A stretch of DNA of 64,000 bases from Acidimicrobiia bacterium (GCA_038213435.1 JBBQTI010000001.1:56295-120294), one strand, 5' to 3'. Shown: positions 18,746-28,028, counted from the first letter of the stretch. The notes: a model not told the origin generated them from the sequence alone. Numbers and translations: made by a program.

Positions 18746-20227
18746 ATGCGTGAGCGTGAGGTGAAGCTGACACTTCCGGCGGGGACGACATTGCCGGCGC
18801 CTGAATCGCTCGTCGACGGGCTGGGCGACTGGTCGCTCGAGCAAGTCGATCAACACGCGACGTACTTCGACACGCCCGACCTCGCGCTCACACGAGCCGG
18901 CGCGAGCCTGCGCTACCGGTCCGACGACGGTTGGACGGTCAAGATACCTCGCCCTCGTGACGGCGCGACGTTTGTGCGAGACGAATATCGCTTCCCCGGG
19001 CCGGAGGGACATCCGCCGCACGCGGCCACGGATCTGGTGCAGGCCTGGACCCGGTCGCAGAGCGTCCGCGAGGTCGCGCGCGTGCACACCAAGCGGCGCA
19101 AGATCCACCTCTACGACAAGCGGCGGCAACCCGTCATCGAGATCGACGAGGACAACGTCGTCGCAACAGATGGCACCGGGAGGACCTCCCGCTTCCGGGA
19201 GGTCGAGGTCGAATCCACCGGCGCGGACGGTTCCGACCTCGTGGACACACTGGTGGATCGGCTGCAGGAAGCAGGCGCGGTCCCCGGTGATCCGATGCCG
19301 AAGGTCACGCGCGCACTCGGAGACCACGCGGCGACGCCGCCGGACCTCTCTCGGGCCACACCTATCGACAAGACCGCAACCGTCGAAGAGCTCGTACGCA
19401 GCTCCATCGTCCGCGGCACACAGCTCCTCGTCGACCACGATCCGATCGTTCGCGTCGGAGAAGACGCAGAGGGAGTGCACCAAGCACGCGTCGCGACCCG
19501 GCGCCTGCGATCGGACCTGCGAACGTTCCGGCCCATTCTCGACGTCGCTTGGTGTGAATCCCTTCGAACCGAACTGCACTGGCTGGGCGAGCTACTCGGG
19601 CACGTCCGCGATGCCGACGTGCTCCTCGGCCAACTCGGCGAGAAAGGTGAGCGGCTCACCGACGAGCGACGAATCAACCTGAAGGAGCTGATCCACCGTC
19701 TCCAGGACATGCGCAGCCGCGACCGGACCGCCCTGCTCGACGCCATGCGATCCGAGCGATACACCGCGTTGCTCGATCATCTCGTCGCGGCGGCGCGATC
19801 GCCTCGCATACGCCCCGAGGTGGCGGGACGAGCAGCTTCGCAGGTGGTCGCGAAGCTCGTCCGACGACCAGTGAGACGTCTCCGCAAGCACATCCGTCAC
19901 CTCGCACACGTCCCGGCGAACGCGGACCTTCACGACGCACGCAAACGGGCCAAGCATGCTCGCTACGCGCTCGAGACCGCGGCGCCCCTCCTCGGCAAGC
20001 GCGCCGCACGACAGGCCCGGCGTCTCGCCGAGCTGCAAGACATCCTCGGCGACCACCAGGACACAGTTGTTGCCGGGGCCTGGCTGCGCGAAGCCGCCCG
20101 CGACCCCGGCGGGTCGGAGGCGCCCTTCGAGGCCGGCTACGTCGCGTGCCTCTTCGACGCCGAGGGAGCTCGACTCCGAAAACAATGGCCCGCTACGTGG
20201 AAGCGTGCCGAACGACTCCTCGATTAG
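18746..20227 (+). CDS. CYTH and CHAD domain-containing protein
   Basis: EREVKL (ExExK), TYFDTPDLALTRAGASLRYR, FREVEVE, VHQARVATRRLRSDL, LHDARKRAKHARY, LQDILGDHQD; AGGAG RBS. Confidence 0.9.
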   Translation: MREREVKLTLPAGTTLPAPESLVDGLGDWSLEQVDQHATYFDTPDLALTRAGASLRYRSDDGWTVKIPRPRDGATFVRDEYRFPGPEGHPPHAATDLVQAWTRSQSVREVARVHTKRRKIHLYDKRRQPVIEIDEDNVVATDGTGRTSRFREVEVESTGADGSDLVDTLVDRLQEAGAVPGDPMPKVTRALGDHAATPPDLSRATPIDKTATVEELVRSSIVRGTQLLVDHDPIVRVGEDAEGVHQARVATRRLRSDLRTFRPILDVAWCESLRTELHWLGELLGHVRDADVLLGQLGEKGERLTDERRINLKELIHRLQDMRSRDRTALLDAMRSERYTALLDHLVAAARSPRIRPEVAGRAASQVVAKLVRRPVRRLRKHIRHLAHVPANADLHDARKRAKHARYALETAAPLLGKRAARQARRLAELQDILGDHQDTVVAGAWLREAARDPGGSEAPFEAGYVACLFDAEGARLRKQWPATWKRAERLLD

Positions 20228-20265
20228 CCGCCGGCCGAATCTAACGTGTCGAGCGGATCGCGGTC

Positions 20266-20625
20266 CTACACCGCGGCGGCGCCACTCCAGACGATGCGCG
20301 CCGCGTCGGCCCACAGGCGCTCGAGGCCGTAGAACTCGCGCGTCGCGTCGAGGAACACATGCACGACGACATCGCCATAGTCGAGGAGCACCCATGACAT
20401 GTCGTCGAGGCCCTCGATCGAGCGCGGCTTGACCTCCCCATGGTCGAGGAGTTGCCGCTTCACCTCTTCGACGATGGTCCGCACGAGCCGAGTGTTCGAC
20501 GCATGCGCGATCACGAACGCGTCGACGATGCCCATGATCTCGGCCACGTCGAGAACGACGATGTCTTCGCCCTTCTTGTCGTCGGCGGCACGGGCCGCGA
20601 TCCGCGCTCGCTCGGTGCTCGACAT
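20266..20625 (-). CDS. rsfS: Ribosome silencing factor RsfS (Iojap)
   Basis: AADDKKGEDIVVLDV, WVLLDYGDVVVHVF, REFYGLERLWADA. Confidence 0.96.
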   Translation of the reverse strand: MSSTERARIAARAADDKKGEDIVVLDVAEIMGIVDAFVIAHASNTRLVRTIVEEVKRQLLDHGEVKPRSIEGLDDMSWVLLDYGDVVVHVFLDATREFYGLERLWADAARIVWSGAAAV

Positions 20626-20639
20626 GCGTTCCGGTTCGG

Positions 20640-20843
20640 TCACGGAATCCTCTGTGGGTCGACGAAGGGAACCGACGTCGACGTGGAGCTCGGCGTCGTC
20701 GCCCGGGCGCTCTCCCACGCGCGACGCGTCCCGAAGTGCGCGGCCAGCAGCCCCGAGATCGCGGCCAATCCGAAGACCGCCACCGCAATCCACCGCTCGC
20801 GTAGACGACGACGCATGTCGATCGTCGCGCGCGCCGGAGCCAT
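20640..20843 (-). CDS. Small single-TM hypothetical protein (67 aa)
   Basis: ATG overlaps nadD stop (TGATG); RRRLRERW-IAVAVFGLAAISGLLAAHF-Ser/Thr tail. Confidence 0.6.
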   Translation of the reverse strand: MAPARATIDMRRRLRERWIAVAVFGLAAISGLLAAHFGTRRAWESARATTPSSTSTSVPFVDPQRIP

Positions 20844-21421
20844 CACCCTCCAGTGTAGAGACCGCGTGCGCGCAACACCCGTGCCGCCGGAGGAGGTACC
20901 AGGAAGTCGACGGATTCGCCCGCGGCGATGCGACGCCGCATGTCGGTCGACGACACGTCCAGACGCGGCATGTGAACAGGGAAGCAGCGCCAACCAGGCG
21001 GTGGTGCCGCGGCCGCGGCGTCCCCACGGTCGACGATGGCAAGGGTCACCGCGCCTCGGAGGTCGTCAGCCCGGTGCCACGTCTCGACCGACGCCGCGAC
21101 GTCGCCTCCGACGATCAAGAACAGCTCGCGCGGGAGCTCCCGTCGCAGCGCCTCGACCGTGTCGATTGTGTACGTCGGCCCGGTGCGGTCGATCTCCAGA
21201 CGGGAGGCCTCGAACCCCTCGACCCCGTCGAGCGCCGCCGCGACCATCTCGAACCGAGCCTCGGCCGGCGCGCCGACCCGACCCCGCTTCTGCCAGGGAT
21301 CTCCGGCCACGACGACGAGCACCCGGGTGAGCGCGAGCTGCGTGCGCGCCGCCGCGGCCGCCGCGAGATGCGCGACGTGAACCGGGTCGAACGTGCCGCC
21401 GAGGATGCCGAGGCGCTCCAC
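20843..21421 (-). CDS. nadD: Nicotinate-nucleotide adenylyltransferase
   Basis: LGILGGTFDPVHVAH, PWQK, LEIDRTGPTYTIDT, LIVGGD, DVSSTDMR. Confidence 0.96.
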   Translation of the reverse strand: MERLGILGGTFDPVHVAHLAAAAAARTQLALTRVLVVVAGDPWQKRGRVGAPAEARFEMVAAALDGVEGFEASRLEIDRTGPTYTIDTVEALRRELPRELFLIVGGDVAASVETWHRADDLRGAVTLAIVDRGDAAAAAPPPGWRCFPVHMPRLDVSSTDMRRRIAAGESVDFLVPPPAARVLRARGLYTGG

Positions 21422-21500
21422 TCGGCGAGTGTAGGAGAAGGGCCCGTGAACGCAGAGTTGCGGGCAGCTTTCTCCGCACTGCTCGTCGTAACCTGCCCCC

Positions 21501-22139
21501 GTGCTCAGTGTCGTCGTGCGCGTCTGGCTTCCGGACCGACCGGGTGCGCTCGGTCTGGTCGCGTCCCGCATCGGCGCGATCGGCGGCGACATCGTCGGGA
21601 TCGACGTGCTCGAACGAAGCGAGCACGTCGCAGTCGACGAGTTCGCGGTGTTGCTTCCCGACAAGGATCTCGTCGCGCTGCTCGTGCGTGAGATCGAAGA
21701 GGTCGACGGCGCGTCGGTCGAGGAATGGCGCGAGGTCGCGACCTTCCCCGACCCCCGTCTCGACGCGCTCGAGTCGGTCGAGCATCTCTCGGGCGCGAGC
21801 ACCCGCGCCGAGCTGGCGCAACGACTGGTCGACAGCGTGCGCGAAGAGTTCGCCGCCGACTGGGCTGTGCTGTTGCGAGGAGCCACCGCGCTCACAACAT
21901 CGGGCGTGCAGGTTCCCGACCCCTCCGTGCTGGAAGCACTCGCGGCGGGAACGGCGGCATCACCGAGCGTCGCGGCCGGCGACTCGGGCCCGGACGATCT
22001 CGCAGTGGCGCCGTTCCCGGCGGGAGGCGTGGTTCTCCTCGTCGGGCGCGACGGCCATCCCTTCCGTCGCCGGGAACGGCGCCAACTGCTCGTGCTCGCG
22101 CGTATTGCCGACCGCGTCGGGACGATCATGTCCGGCTAG
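21501..22139 (+). CDS. ACT-domain-containing protein
   Basis: VRVWLPDRPGALGLVASRIGAIGGDIVGIDVLE; C-terminal GAF-like region ending PFRRRERRQL. Confidence 0.8.
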   Translation: MLSVVVRVWLPDRPGALGLVASRIGAIGGDIVGIDVLERSEHVAVDEFAVLLPDKDLVALLVREIEEVDGASVEEWREVATFPDPRLDALESVEHLSGASTRAELAQRLVDSVREEFAADWAVLLRGATALTTSGVQVPDPSVLEALAAGTAASPSVAAGDSGPDDLAVAPFPAGGVVLLVGRDGHPFRRRERRQLLVLARIADRVGTIMSG

Positions 22140-22178
22140 CGGCCGGGGCGCGCATGTCCGGCTCGCGCTAGCGGCCGG
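22127..22178. repeat. Imperfect tandem duplication spanning convergent stop codons
   Basis: CATGTCCGGCTAGCGGCCGG (22127-22146) and CATGTCCGGCTcgcgcTAGCGGCCGG (22153-22178). Confidence 0.6.
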
Positions 22179-23139
22179 TCGCGTTCTCGTCGAGCTCGCG
22201 ATCGAGCCGCCGGTAGTGCTCGAAGCGCGCGGCGTCGAGCTCACCTCGCTCGATCGCCGCGCGCACCGCGCAGTCGGGTTCGGGACCGTGGGAGCAGTTC
22301 GTGAACCGGCACCGCGCGACCAGCGTCTCGACGTCGGAGAACACACGGCTCAGGCCCTCGTCCGCGTCCCACAACGCGACCGAGCGCAGACCCGGCGTGT
22401 CGATGAGCCAACCCCCATCCGGGAGCGCGACGAGCTCACGAGCGGTCGTGGTGTGCCGTCCACGCTGATCGTTTTCGCGCACGTCGCCGATCGCCTGCAC
22501 CGCCTCGCCGACGAGCCCGTTCACGAGCCTCGACTTGCCGACGCCGGAAGCGCCGATGAGCGCAACCGTGCGGCCCGCGCGGGCAAGCGTTCGCAATCGG
22601 TCGAGTCCAGCTCCGGTGACCGCGCTCGTGACCACGACCTCGACCTCCGCCGCGGCCTCGCGCGCGAGCTCGATCCCGCGCTCGACCTCGGCCCGACGGA
22701 TCAGGTCAGCTTTCGACAGGACGACGACCGGGGTCGCCCCGCTCTCGAATGCGAGCACGAGCTCGCGCTCGAGACGCCGGACGTTCGGCCCGTTGTTCAA
22801 CGCCTGCACGACGAACACGACGTCGACGTTCGCGGCGACGACCTGGGGCCTGCGCGCCCGGCCCTCGCCGGCGTCGCCCCGCACGAACGCCGAGCGACGC
22901 GGCAACGAAGCGACGACGTTGCCGCCCCGCACGAGGAGCCAATCGCCCGTCGCCACGGAATGCCCGGCGAGCTGCGCACGCTCCGTTCCGCTCGCGGTCA
23001 GCAGCGTGGCCCACCCGCGATCGACCCGCGCCACGCGGCCGGGACTCGCGTCGGCGTGCGCGACGTCGGCTGCAGCCGCCGCGGCCAGGGCGGGATCCCA
23101 GCCGAGGCGTGCCAACGCGAGGTCTTCGGTCGCGGGCAT
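22168..23139 (-). CDS. rsgA: Ribosome small subunit-dependent GTPase RsgA
   Basis: VVAANVD, VVLSKADL, GASGVGKS, GRHTTT, IDTPG, CRFTNCSHGPEPDCAV. Confidence 0.96.
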   Translation of the reverse strand: MPATEDLALARLGWDPALAAAAAADVAHADASPGRVARVDRGWATLLTASGTERAQLAGHSVATGDWLLVRGGNVVASLPRRSAFVRGDAGEGRARRPQVVAANVDVVFVVQALNNGPNVRRLERELVLAFESGATPVVVLSKADLIRRAEVERGIELAREAAAEVEVVVTSAVTGAGLDRLRTLARAGRTVALIGASGVGKSRLVNGLVGEAVQAIGDVRENDQRGRHTTTARELVALPDGGWLIDTPGLRSVALWDADEGLSRVFSDVETLVARCRFTNCSHGPEPDCAVRAAIERGELDAARFEHYRRLDRELDENATGR

Positions 23140-23185
23140 CGATCCAGCGTACGTTCCGGCCGTACGTTCCATCCGTCTGGATGGC

Positions 23186-24643
23186 TCAGGCTTCCACGAC
23201 GTCGGCGACGAACTTCTGGAGTTGGCGGAGGTTGCGGACTTCGTACACGCCGTCGCAATACGGCGCGTACTCCGAGACGATCGAGTCGCCCGTATCCCAG
23301 TAGCCACGCGGTTCGGGGTCGAGCCAGAACACCTTGCGAGCCCGCTTGCGCATCTCCGCGACGGTCCAAGCCTGCGACGCGTGGTAGTTGTTCCGGGCGT
23401 CCCCGAGCAAGATGACCGACGACTTCTTCGTGACCTCACGGATGTGGCGCTCGTGCCACACCTCGAACGCGTGGCCGTAGTCGCTGTGTCCGTCGACCCA
23501 CACGACGTCCGCTTCGGTGTTGACGCGGTGAATCGCCTCGCTCAGCTCCTGCGACTCGTCGAAGAAACGGGTCACCTCGTCGACGCCGTCGATGAAGACC
23601 CACGATCGCACCTTGGAGAACTCGCTCTGCATCGCGTAGACGAATTGCAGCGTGAAACGTGCGAATGACGCGACCGATCCCGAGATGTCGGCAACGACCA
23701 TGATCTCGGGCTTCGAGGGACGAGGCCGCTTGAATTTGGGCTCCACCGGCACCCCGCCATACGACATTGAGTGTCGCACCGTCTGGCGGAAGTCGAGATG
23801 GCCGCGGCGACGATGTCGGCGTCGCTGCGCGAGGCGAGCCGCAAGGGCGCGGGTCAAGGGGTAAATGGCACGCTGGAGAAGTTGCATCTCCTCCCGCGAC
23901 GCATGCATGAAGTCGACGTCCTCCGGAAGCGGCTTGCGCAACGTGCGCGCCATCGCCTCGACCCCGCGGTCGGCGACGAGCCGCCGCCGGATCTCGGCCT
24001 CGATCATCTCCTTCAGCACCTTCAGCCGGCCCTCGAAGTCTTCGCGTGCGAGCCGCTCGTCGAACGCGCCTGCGCCGATCTGTTGTTCGTCTTGCGCCCG
24101 GGCCATCATCTTCGTGACGAGACCGTCGGCGTCGAGCTGTCGAAGGGTTCGGTAGAGGTAGTACGCGCCGCCGACCGGGCGCCCCGGCTCCATCCCGGCG
24201 AAACGCGCCACCGCGGCGCCGGCGAGCATGCGCATCTCGTTCTGGTCCATGCGCATCAGCGCATCGAGAAGCATCTGCGCGAGCTCTTCGTTCGAAACCT
24301 GACCCATCGCACCACCCTGATCCATGGCGGCGCGCAGCTCGTCGAAGTTCGCCTGGGAGTCGGCGTCGAGATCGGACTCGCCGTCGGCGTTCACGCCGGG
24401 CGAGAACATCGAGAAGAACACCTCGAACACCGTGTCGAAGACGCGATAGTGGCCCGCGTTCTTCACGAGCGTCGCGCCGAGCGCGGCCTTGAACGCCTCG
24501 CGCTCGTCGAGCGACACGAACTCCACCGCGCGCATCGCGTCGAGATTCTCGGTCATGGAGACGGGCAGACCCGCGATTCGGAGTTCGTGCACGAAACCCT
24601 GCAGCACGTCGAGCATGTGCGGCTCGGCCGGCAGGATCGTCAC
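23186..24643 (-). CDS. VWA-domain protein (CoxE-like); start uncertain (24643 or 24616)
   Basis: FVHELRIAGLPVS..E, LDFRQTVRHSMSYGG, ADISGSV (MIDAS), GHSDYG, ILLGDARNN, WLDPEP. Confidence 0.88.
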   Translation of the reverse strand: MTILPAEPHMLDVLQGFVHELRIAGLPVSMTENLDAMRAVEFVSLDEREAFKAALGATLVKNAGHYRVFDTVFEVFFSMFSPGVNADGESDLDADSQANFDELRAAMDQGGAMGQVSNEELAQMLLDALMRMDQNEMRMLAGAAVARFAGMEPGRPVGGAYYLYRTLRQLDADGLVTKMMARAQDEQQIGAGAFDERLAREDFEGRLKVLKEMIEAEIRRRLVADRGVEAMARTLRKPLPEDVDFMHASREEMQLLQRAIYPLTRALAARLAQRRRHRRRGHLDFRQTVRHSMSYGGVPVEPKFKRPRPSKPEIMVVADISGSVASFARFTLQFVYAMQSEFSKVRSWVFIDGVDEVTRFFDESQELSEAIHRVNTEADVVWVDGHSDYGHAFEVWHERHIREVTKKSSVILLGDARNNYHASQAWTVAEMRKRARKVFWLDPEPRGYWDTGDSIVSEYAPYCDGVYEVRNLRQLQKFVADVVEA

Positions 24644-24694
24644 CTCACCACTCCCCCGCGACATCGCATGGTCGAGCTTGCTCCACTGCACTCG

Positions 24695-25582
24695 CTACTT
24701 CTTGATGACCGCGGGCGCGTCGACGCCCAGCTCTTTGCGCGTCTTCGCGATGTCGCTCTGATACTTCAGCAGCACGTGCAACGTGTCGCCGAGCACCTCC
24801 GGCGTGATCTCATTGCGGCCCAGGAACACAAGTGTGCGCGCCCAGTCGATCGTCTCGGAGATCGACGGCGATTTCTTCAAGTCGATGTTGCGGATCGAGT
24901 TGACGACCTTCGCAATTTGCCCCGCGAGCGCGGCATCGACCTCAGGTACCCGCACCCGCACGATCTCCTTCTCGCGCTCGATGTCCGGGTAATCGATGTG
25001 CAGGAACAGGCACCGCCGCTTCAATGCCTCCGACAATTCGCGGGTGTTGTTCGAGGTGAGGAACACGAGCGGCACCTGCTTGCCCACGATCGTCCCGAGC
25101 TCGGGAATCGAGACCTGGAAGTCGGAGAGCACTTCGAGCAGCAGCGCTTCGGTCTCGATCTCGACTCGGTCGACCTCGTCGATGAGCAGGACGACCGGCT
25201 CGTCCGCCCGGATCGCCTCGAGCAGCGGGCGGGTCAACAGGAACGCCTCGGAGAAGATGTCGGATTCGACGGTCTCCCAATCGCGCTCGTGCTCGCGGTC
25301 GGCCTGGATCCGGAGCAACTGCTTCTTGTAGTTCCACTCATAGATGGCCTTCGACTCGTCGAGACCCTCGTAGCACTGCAGCCGGATGAGGCGCGCGCCG
25401 ACAGTGGCCGCGACCGCCTTGGCCAGCTCGGTCTTGCCGACACCTGCGGGGCCCTCGACGAGCACGGGCTTTCCGAGCCGCTCCGCGAGGTATACGACGC
25501 CTGCGATGTTCGTGTCGGAGAGATAGTCGACCTCGCGCAACCGGGCAGCCGTCGCGTCGACGGATTCGAATCGTTCGCCCAT
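24695..25582 (-). CDS. MoxR-family AAA+ ATPase (CoxD-like)
   Basis: LVEGPAGVGKTELA, RLQCYEGLD, LLIDEVD, LTSNNTRELSEALKRRC. Confidence 0.93.
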   Translation of the reverse strand: MGERFESVDATAARLREVDYLSDTNIAGVVYLAERLGKPVLVEGPAGVGKTELAKAVAATVGARLIRLQCYEGLDESKAIYEWNYKKQLLRIQADREHERDWETVESDIFSEAFLLTRPLLEAIRADEPVVLLIDEVDRVEIETEALLLEVLSDFQVSIPELGTIVGKQVPLVFLTSNNTRELSEALKRRCLFLHIDYPDIEREKEIVRVRVPEVDAALAGQIAKVVNSIRNIDLKKSPSISETIDWARTLVFLGRNEITPEVLGDTLHVLLKYQSDIAKTRKELGVDAPAVIKK

Positions 25583-26829
25583 TACCCCCGTACCTGCCCT
25601 TCCCCCCAGATGACGTACTTGTAGGTGGTCAACTCCCGCAGACCCATGGGGCCGCGCGCGTGCAACTTCTGGGTCGAGATACCGATCTCGGCACCGAAGC
25701 CGAACTCTTCTCCGTCGGTGAATCGCGTGCTCGCGTTCACGACGACGGCGGCCGCGTCGACCTCGCGCGTGAAGCGGCGCGCCGCGTCGAGATCGCGCGT
25801 CAGGATCGCTTCGGTGTGCCCGGTGCCGTAGTGGTTGACGTGCGCGATCGCGGCATCGAGGTCGGGTGCGATCGCGACCGACAGCTTCAGGTCGGAGTAC
25901 TCGCGGCCGAAGTCGTCGTCGGTCGCGGCGCCGATGTGCAGTGAGCGACGCTGCGCGTCGGGGTCGCCGACGAGCTCGACACCTTGTTCGTGCAGCACGT
26001 CGGCGATCCGGGGCACGAACGCGTCGGCCACCGAGACGTGCACCACGAGCGACTCAGCCGCGTTGCACACGCTCGATCGCTGTGTCTTGGCGTTCACGAC
26101 GATCTTCATCGCTTCGTCGAGATCGGCCGACGCGTCGACATACACGTGACAGTTGCCGTCGCCGTCGATGATCACCGGCACCTTGGCGTTGTCGCGCACG
26201 CTCTGGATGAGCGACGGCCCGCCGCGCGGGATCAGGCAGTCGACGTAGTCGCTGAGCTGCATCACCGCGGTCGCGGTCTCGTGCGCGGTGTCCTCCACGA
26301 GGATGACCGCATCCTCGGGCAACCCGTGCTTGACCAGCGCGTCGCGCAGCACCAGCGTGACGGCGACGTTCGAACGCAGCGCCGACGACGACCCGCGCAG
26401 CAGCGCCGCGTTCCCGGCCTTGATGCACAGCCCGGCGGCGTCGCTCGTGACGTTGGGGCGGTTCTCGTAGATGATCGCCACCACGCCGAGCGGCACGCGC
26501 GTCCGCACGATCTCGAGCCCGTTCGGCCGGCGCCAGCCGTCGAGCACCTCCCCGACCGGATCCGGGAGCGCGGCGACGGTGCGCAGCCCGTTCGCCATCG
26601 ATTCCAGCCGGGCGTCGGTCAGCCGCAACCGGTCGAGCGGACCATCCGCCATCCCCGCGGCGCGGGCGGCGTCGAGGTCGACCTCGTTGGCGGCCCGGAC
26701 CTCGCCGGCGCGCTCGGCCAGCAGGTCGGCCGCGGTCAGCAGCGCCCCGTTCTTGGCCGGCGTCGGCGCCCCGGCGAGCAGCCTGCTCGCGGCCTTCGCC
26801 CGGCGGCCGAGCTCGATGACGGGGGTCAT
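25582..26829 (-). CDS. proA: Gamma-glutamyl phosphate reductase
   Basis: VPLGVVAIIYENRPNVT, LIPRGG, CNAAE, YGTGHTEAI, NASTRFTDG, STQKLHARGPMG. Confidence 0.97.
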   Translation of the reverse strand: MTPVIELGRRAKAASRLLAGAPTPAKNGALLTAADLLAERAGEVRAANEVDLDAARAAGMADGPLDRLRLTDARLESMANGLRTVAALPDPVGEVLDGWRRPNGLEIVRTRVPLGVVAIIYENRPNVTSDAAGLCIKAGNAALLRGSSSALRSNVAVTLVLRDALVKHGLPEDAVILVEDTAHETATAVMQLSDYVDCLIPRGGPSLIQSVRDNAKVPVIIDGDGNCHVYVDASADLDEAMKIVVNAKTQRSSVCNAAESLVVHVSVADAFVPRIADVLHEQGVELVGDPDAQRRSLHIGAATDDDFGREYSDLKLSVAIAPDLDAAIAHVNHYGTGHTEAILTRDLDAARRFTREVDAAAVVVNASTRFTDGEEFGFGAEIGISTQKLHARGPMGLRELTTYKYVIWGEGQVRG

Positions 26830-26844
26830 CCCGCCAGGCTACCC

Positions 26845-26862
26845 CTTGACCAAGCGGTCAAG
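26845..26862. promoter_or_regulatory. 18-bp palindrome in proA promoter
   Basis: CTTGACC-AAGC-GGTCAAG, 3 nt upstream of TAGCCT (-10-like, 26836-26841). Confidence 0.5.
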
Positions 26863-26927
26863 TCTGGCCGTTTTCCCCCTCCGAAGCGGCCTTCGAGCTT
26901 CCGGCCTTCGACCTCAACCGTATGGCG

Positions 26928-28028
26928 CTACGGCAGGACCACGAGGTCGTCGCGATGCACGACCTCGTTGGGTGAGCCGCTCGGCAGGTCGTCCGTGCGC
27001 TTGCCGGCGACCGCGCGTAGCTGCAAGGCGCCGTAACGACAAAGGCCCTTTGCGAATACGCGACCGTCCTCGCCGATGATCTCGACGGGCGCGTCGACGT
27101 CGAACGCACCCTCGACCTCGCGCACTCCGGCGGCGAGCAACGACTTGCCGCCCACGACCAGCGCGCGGCGGGCGCCCACGTCGACGGTGACGCGGCCCTC
27201 GGAACCCTGCGCGAACGCGATCCAAAGCTTCCGCGACGAAAGTCGGGTCGCTCGGGGTGCGAACGAGGTGCCGACGACCCGGCCGGAGAGCGCGTCGGCG
27301 ATCACGTTCGGAACCGAGGCCGACGCGATTACGGCCCGCACTCCGGACCAGGCCGCGATCTTCGCCGCCGCGAGCTTGCTCGCCATCCCGCCGCTGCCCC
27401 GTTCGGTTCCCGCGCCGCCCACCGCCTGCTCGAGCGCCTCGTCGACTTCGACGATCTCCTCGATCAACGATGCGTCGGCGTCGCGACGCGGATCGGCGGT
27501 GAACACGCCGCCGGTGTCGGTGAGCAGCAACAGCGTGTCGGCGTGGACGAGATGCGACACGAGCGCCGCGAGCCGATCGTTGTCCCCGTAGCGGATCTCG
27601 TCGTCGGCGACCGTGTCGTTCTCGTTGACGATCGGGAGCACGCCCAGCTCGCGCAACCTCTGCAGCGTCGCGCGCGCGTGGAGGTACTGGCTCCGATGCG
27701 CGAAGTCGTACGGCGTGAGCAACACCTGGCCGGCGACGATCCCGAGCGAGCCGAGCAGCGCGTTCATACGCTCGAGCAGACGCGGCTGGCCCACCGCGGC
27801 GATCGCCTGCAACGTGCCAATGTCGGTCGGTCGGCGGTGCAGCCCGAGCGCGGGCATCCCCGCCGCGATCGCACCTGACATCACGAGCACGACCTCGTGC
27901 CCGGCTCGGCGTGCGGTCGCGAGATCGCCCGCGAGTTTCGTCAACGCGTCGTCGTCGAGCTCGCCGGACTCCCTAGCGATCGACGACGTGCCGACCTTCA
28001 CGACCGCCACGGGAGCCGGGGCAGCCAC
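26928..28028 (-). CDS. proB: Glutamate 5-kinase with PUA domain
   Basis: VVKVGTSS, VMSGAIAAG, AAVGQ, PIVNENDTV, GDNDRLAA, GGMASKL, VVHRDDLV. Confidence 0.97.
   Translation of the reverse strand: MAAPAPVAVVKVGTSSIARESGELDDDALTKLAGDLATARRAGHEVVLVMSGAIAAGMPALGLHRRPTDIGTLQAIAAVGQPRLLERMNALLGSLGIVAGQVLLTPYDFAHRSQYLHARATLQRLRELGVLPIVNENDTVADDEIRYGDNDRLAALVSHLVHADTLLLLTDTGGVFTADPRRDADASLIEEIVEVDEALEQAVGGAGTERGSGGMASKLAAAKIAAWSGVRAVIASASVPNVIADALSGRVVGTSFAPRATRLSSRKLWIAFAQGSEGRVTVDVGARRALVVGGKSLLAAGVREVEGAFDVDAPVEIIGEDGRVFAKGLCRYGALQLRAVAGKRTDDLPSGSPNEVVHRDDLVVLP

Noticed and set aside
26250-26829. Apparent CTG/GCC-rich codon usage in the proA 5' half versus CTC/GCG elsewhere (possible mosaic)
   Set aside because: An impression by eye only; needs a codon-usage calculation and read phasing.
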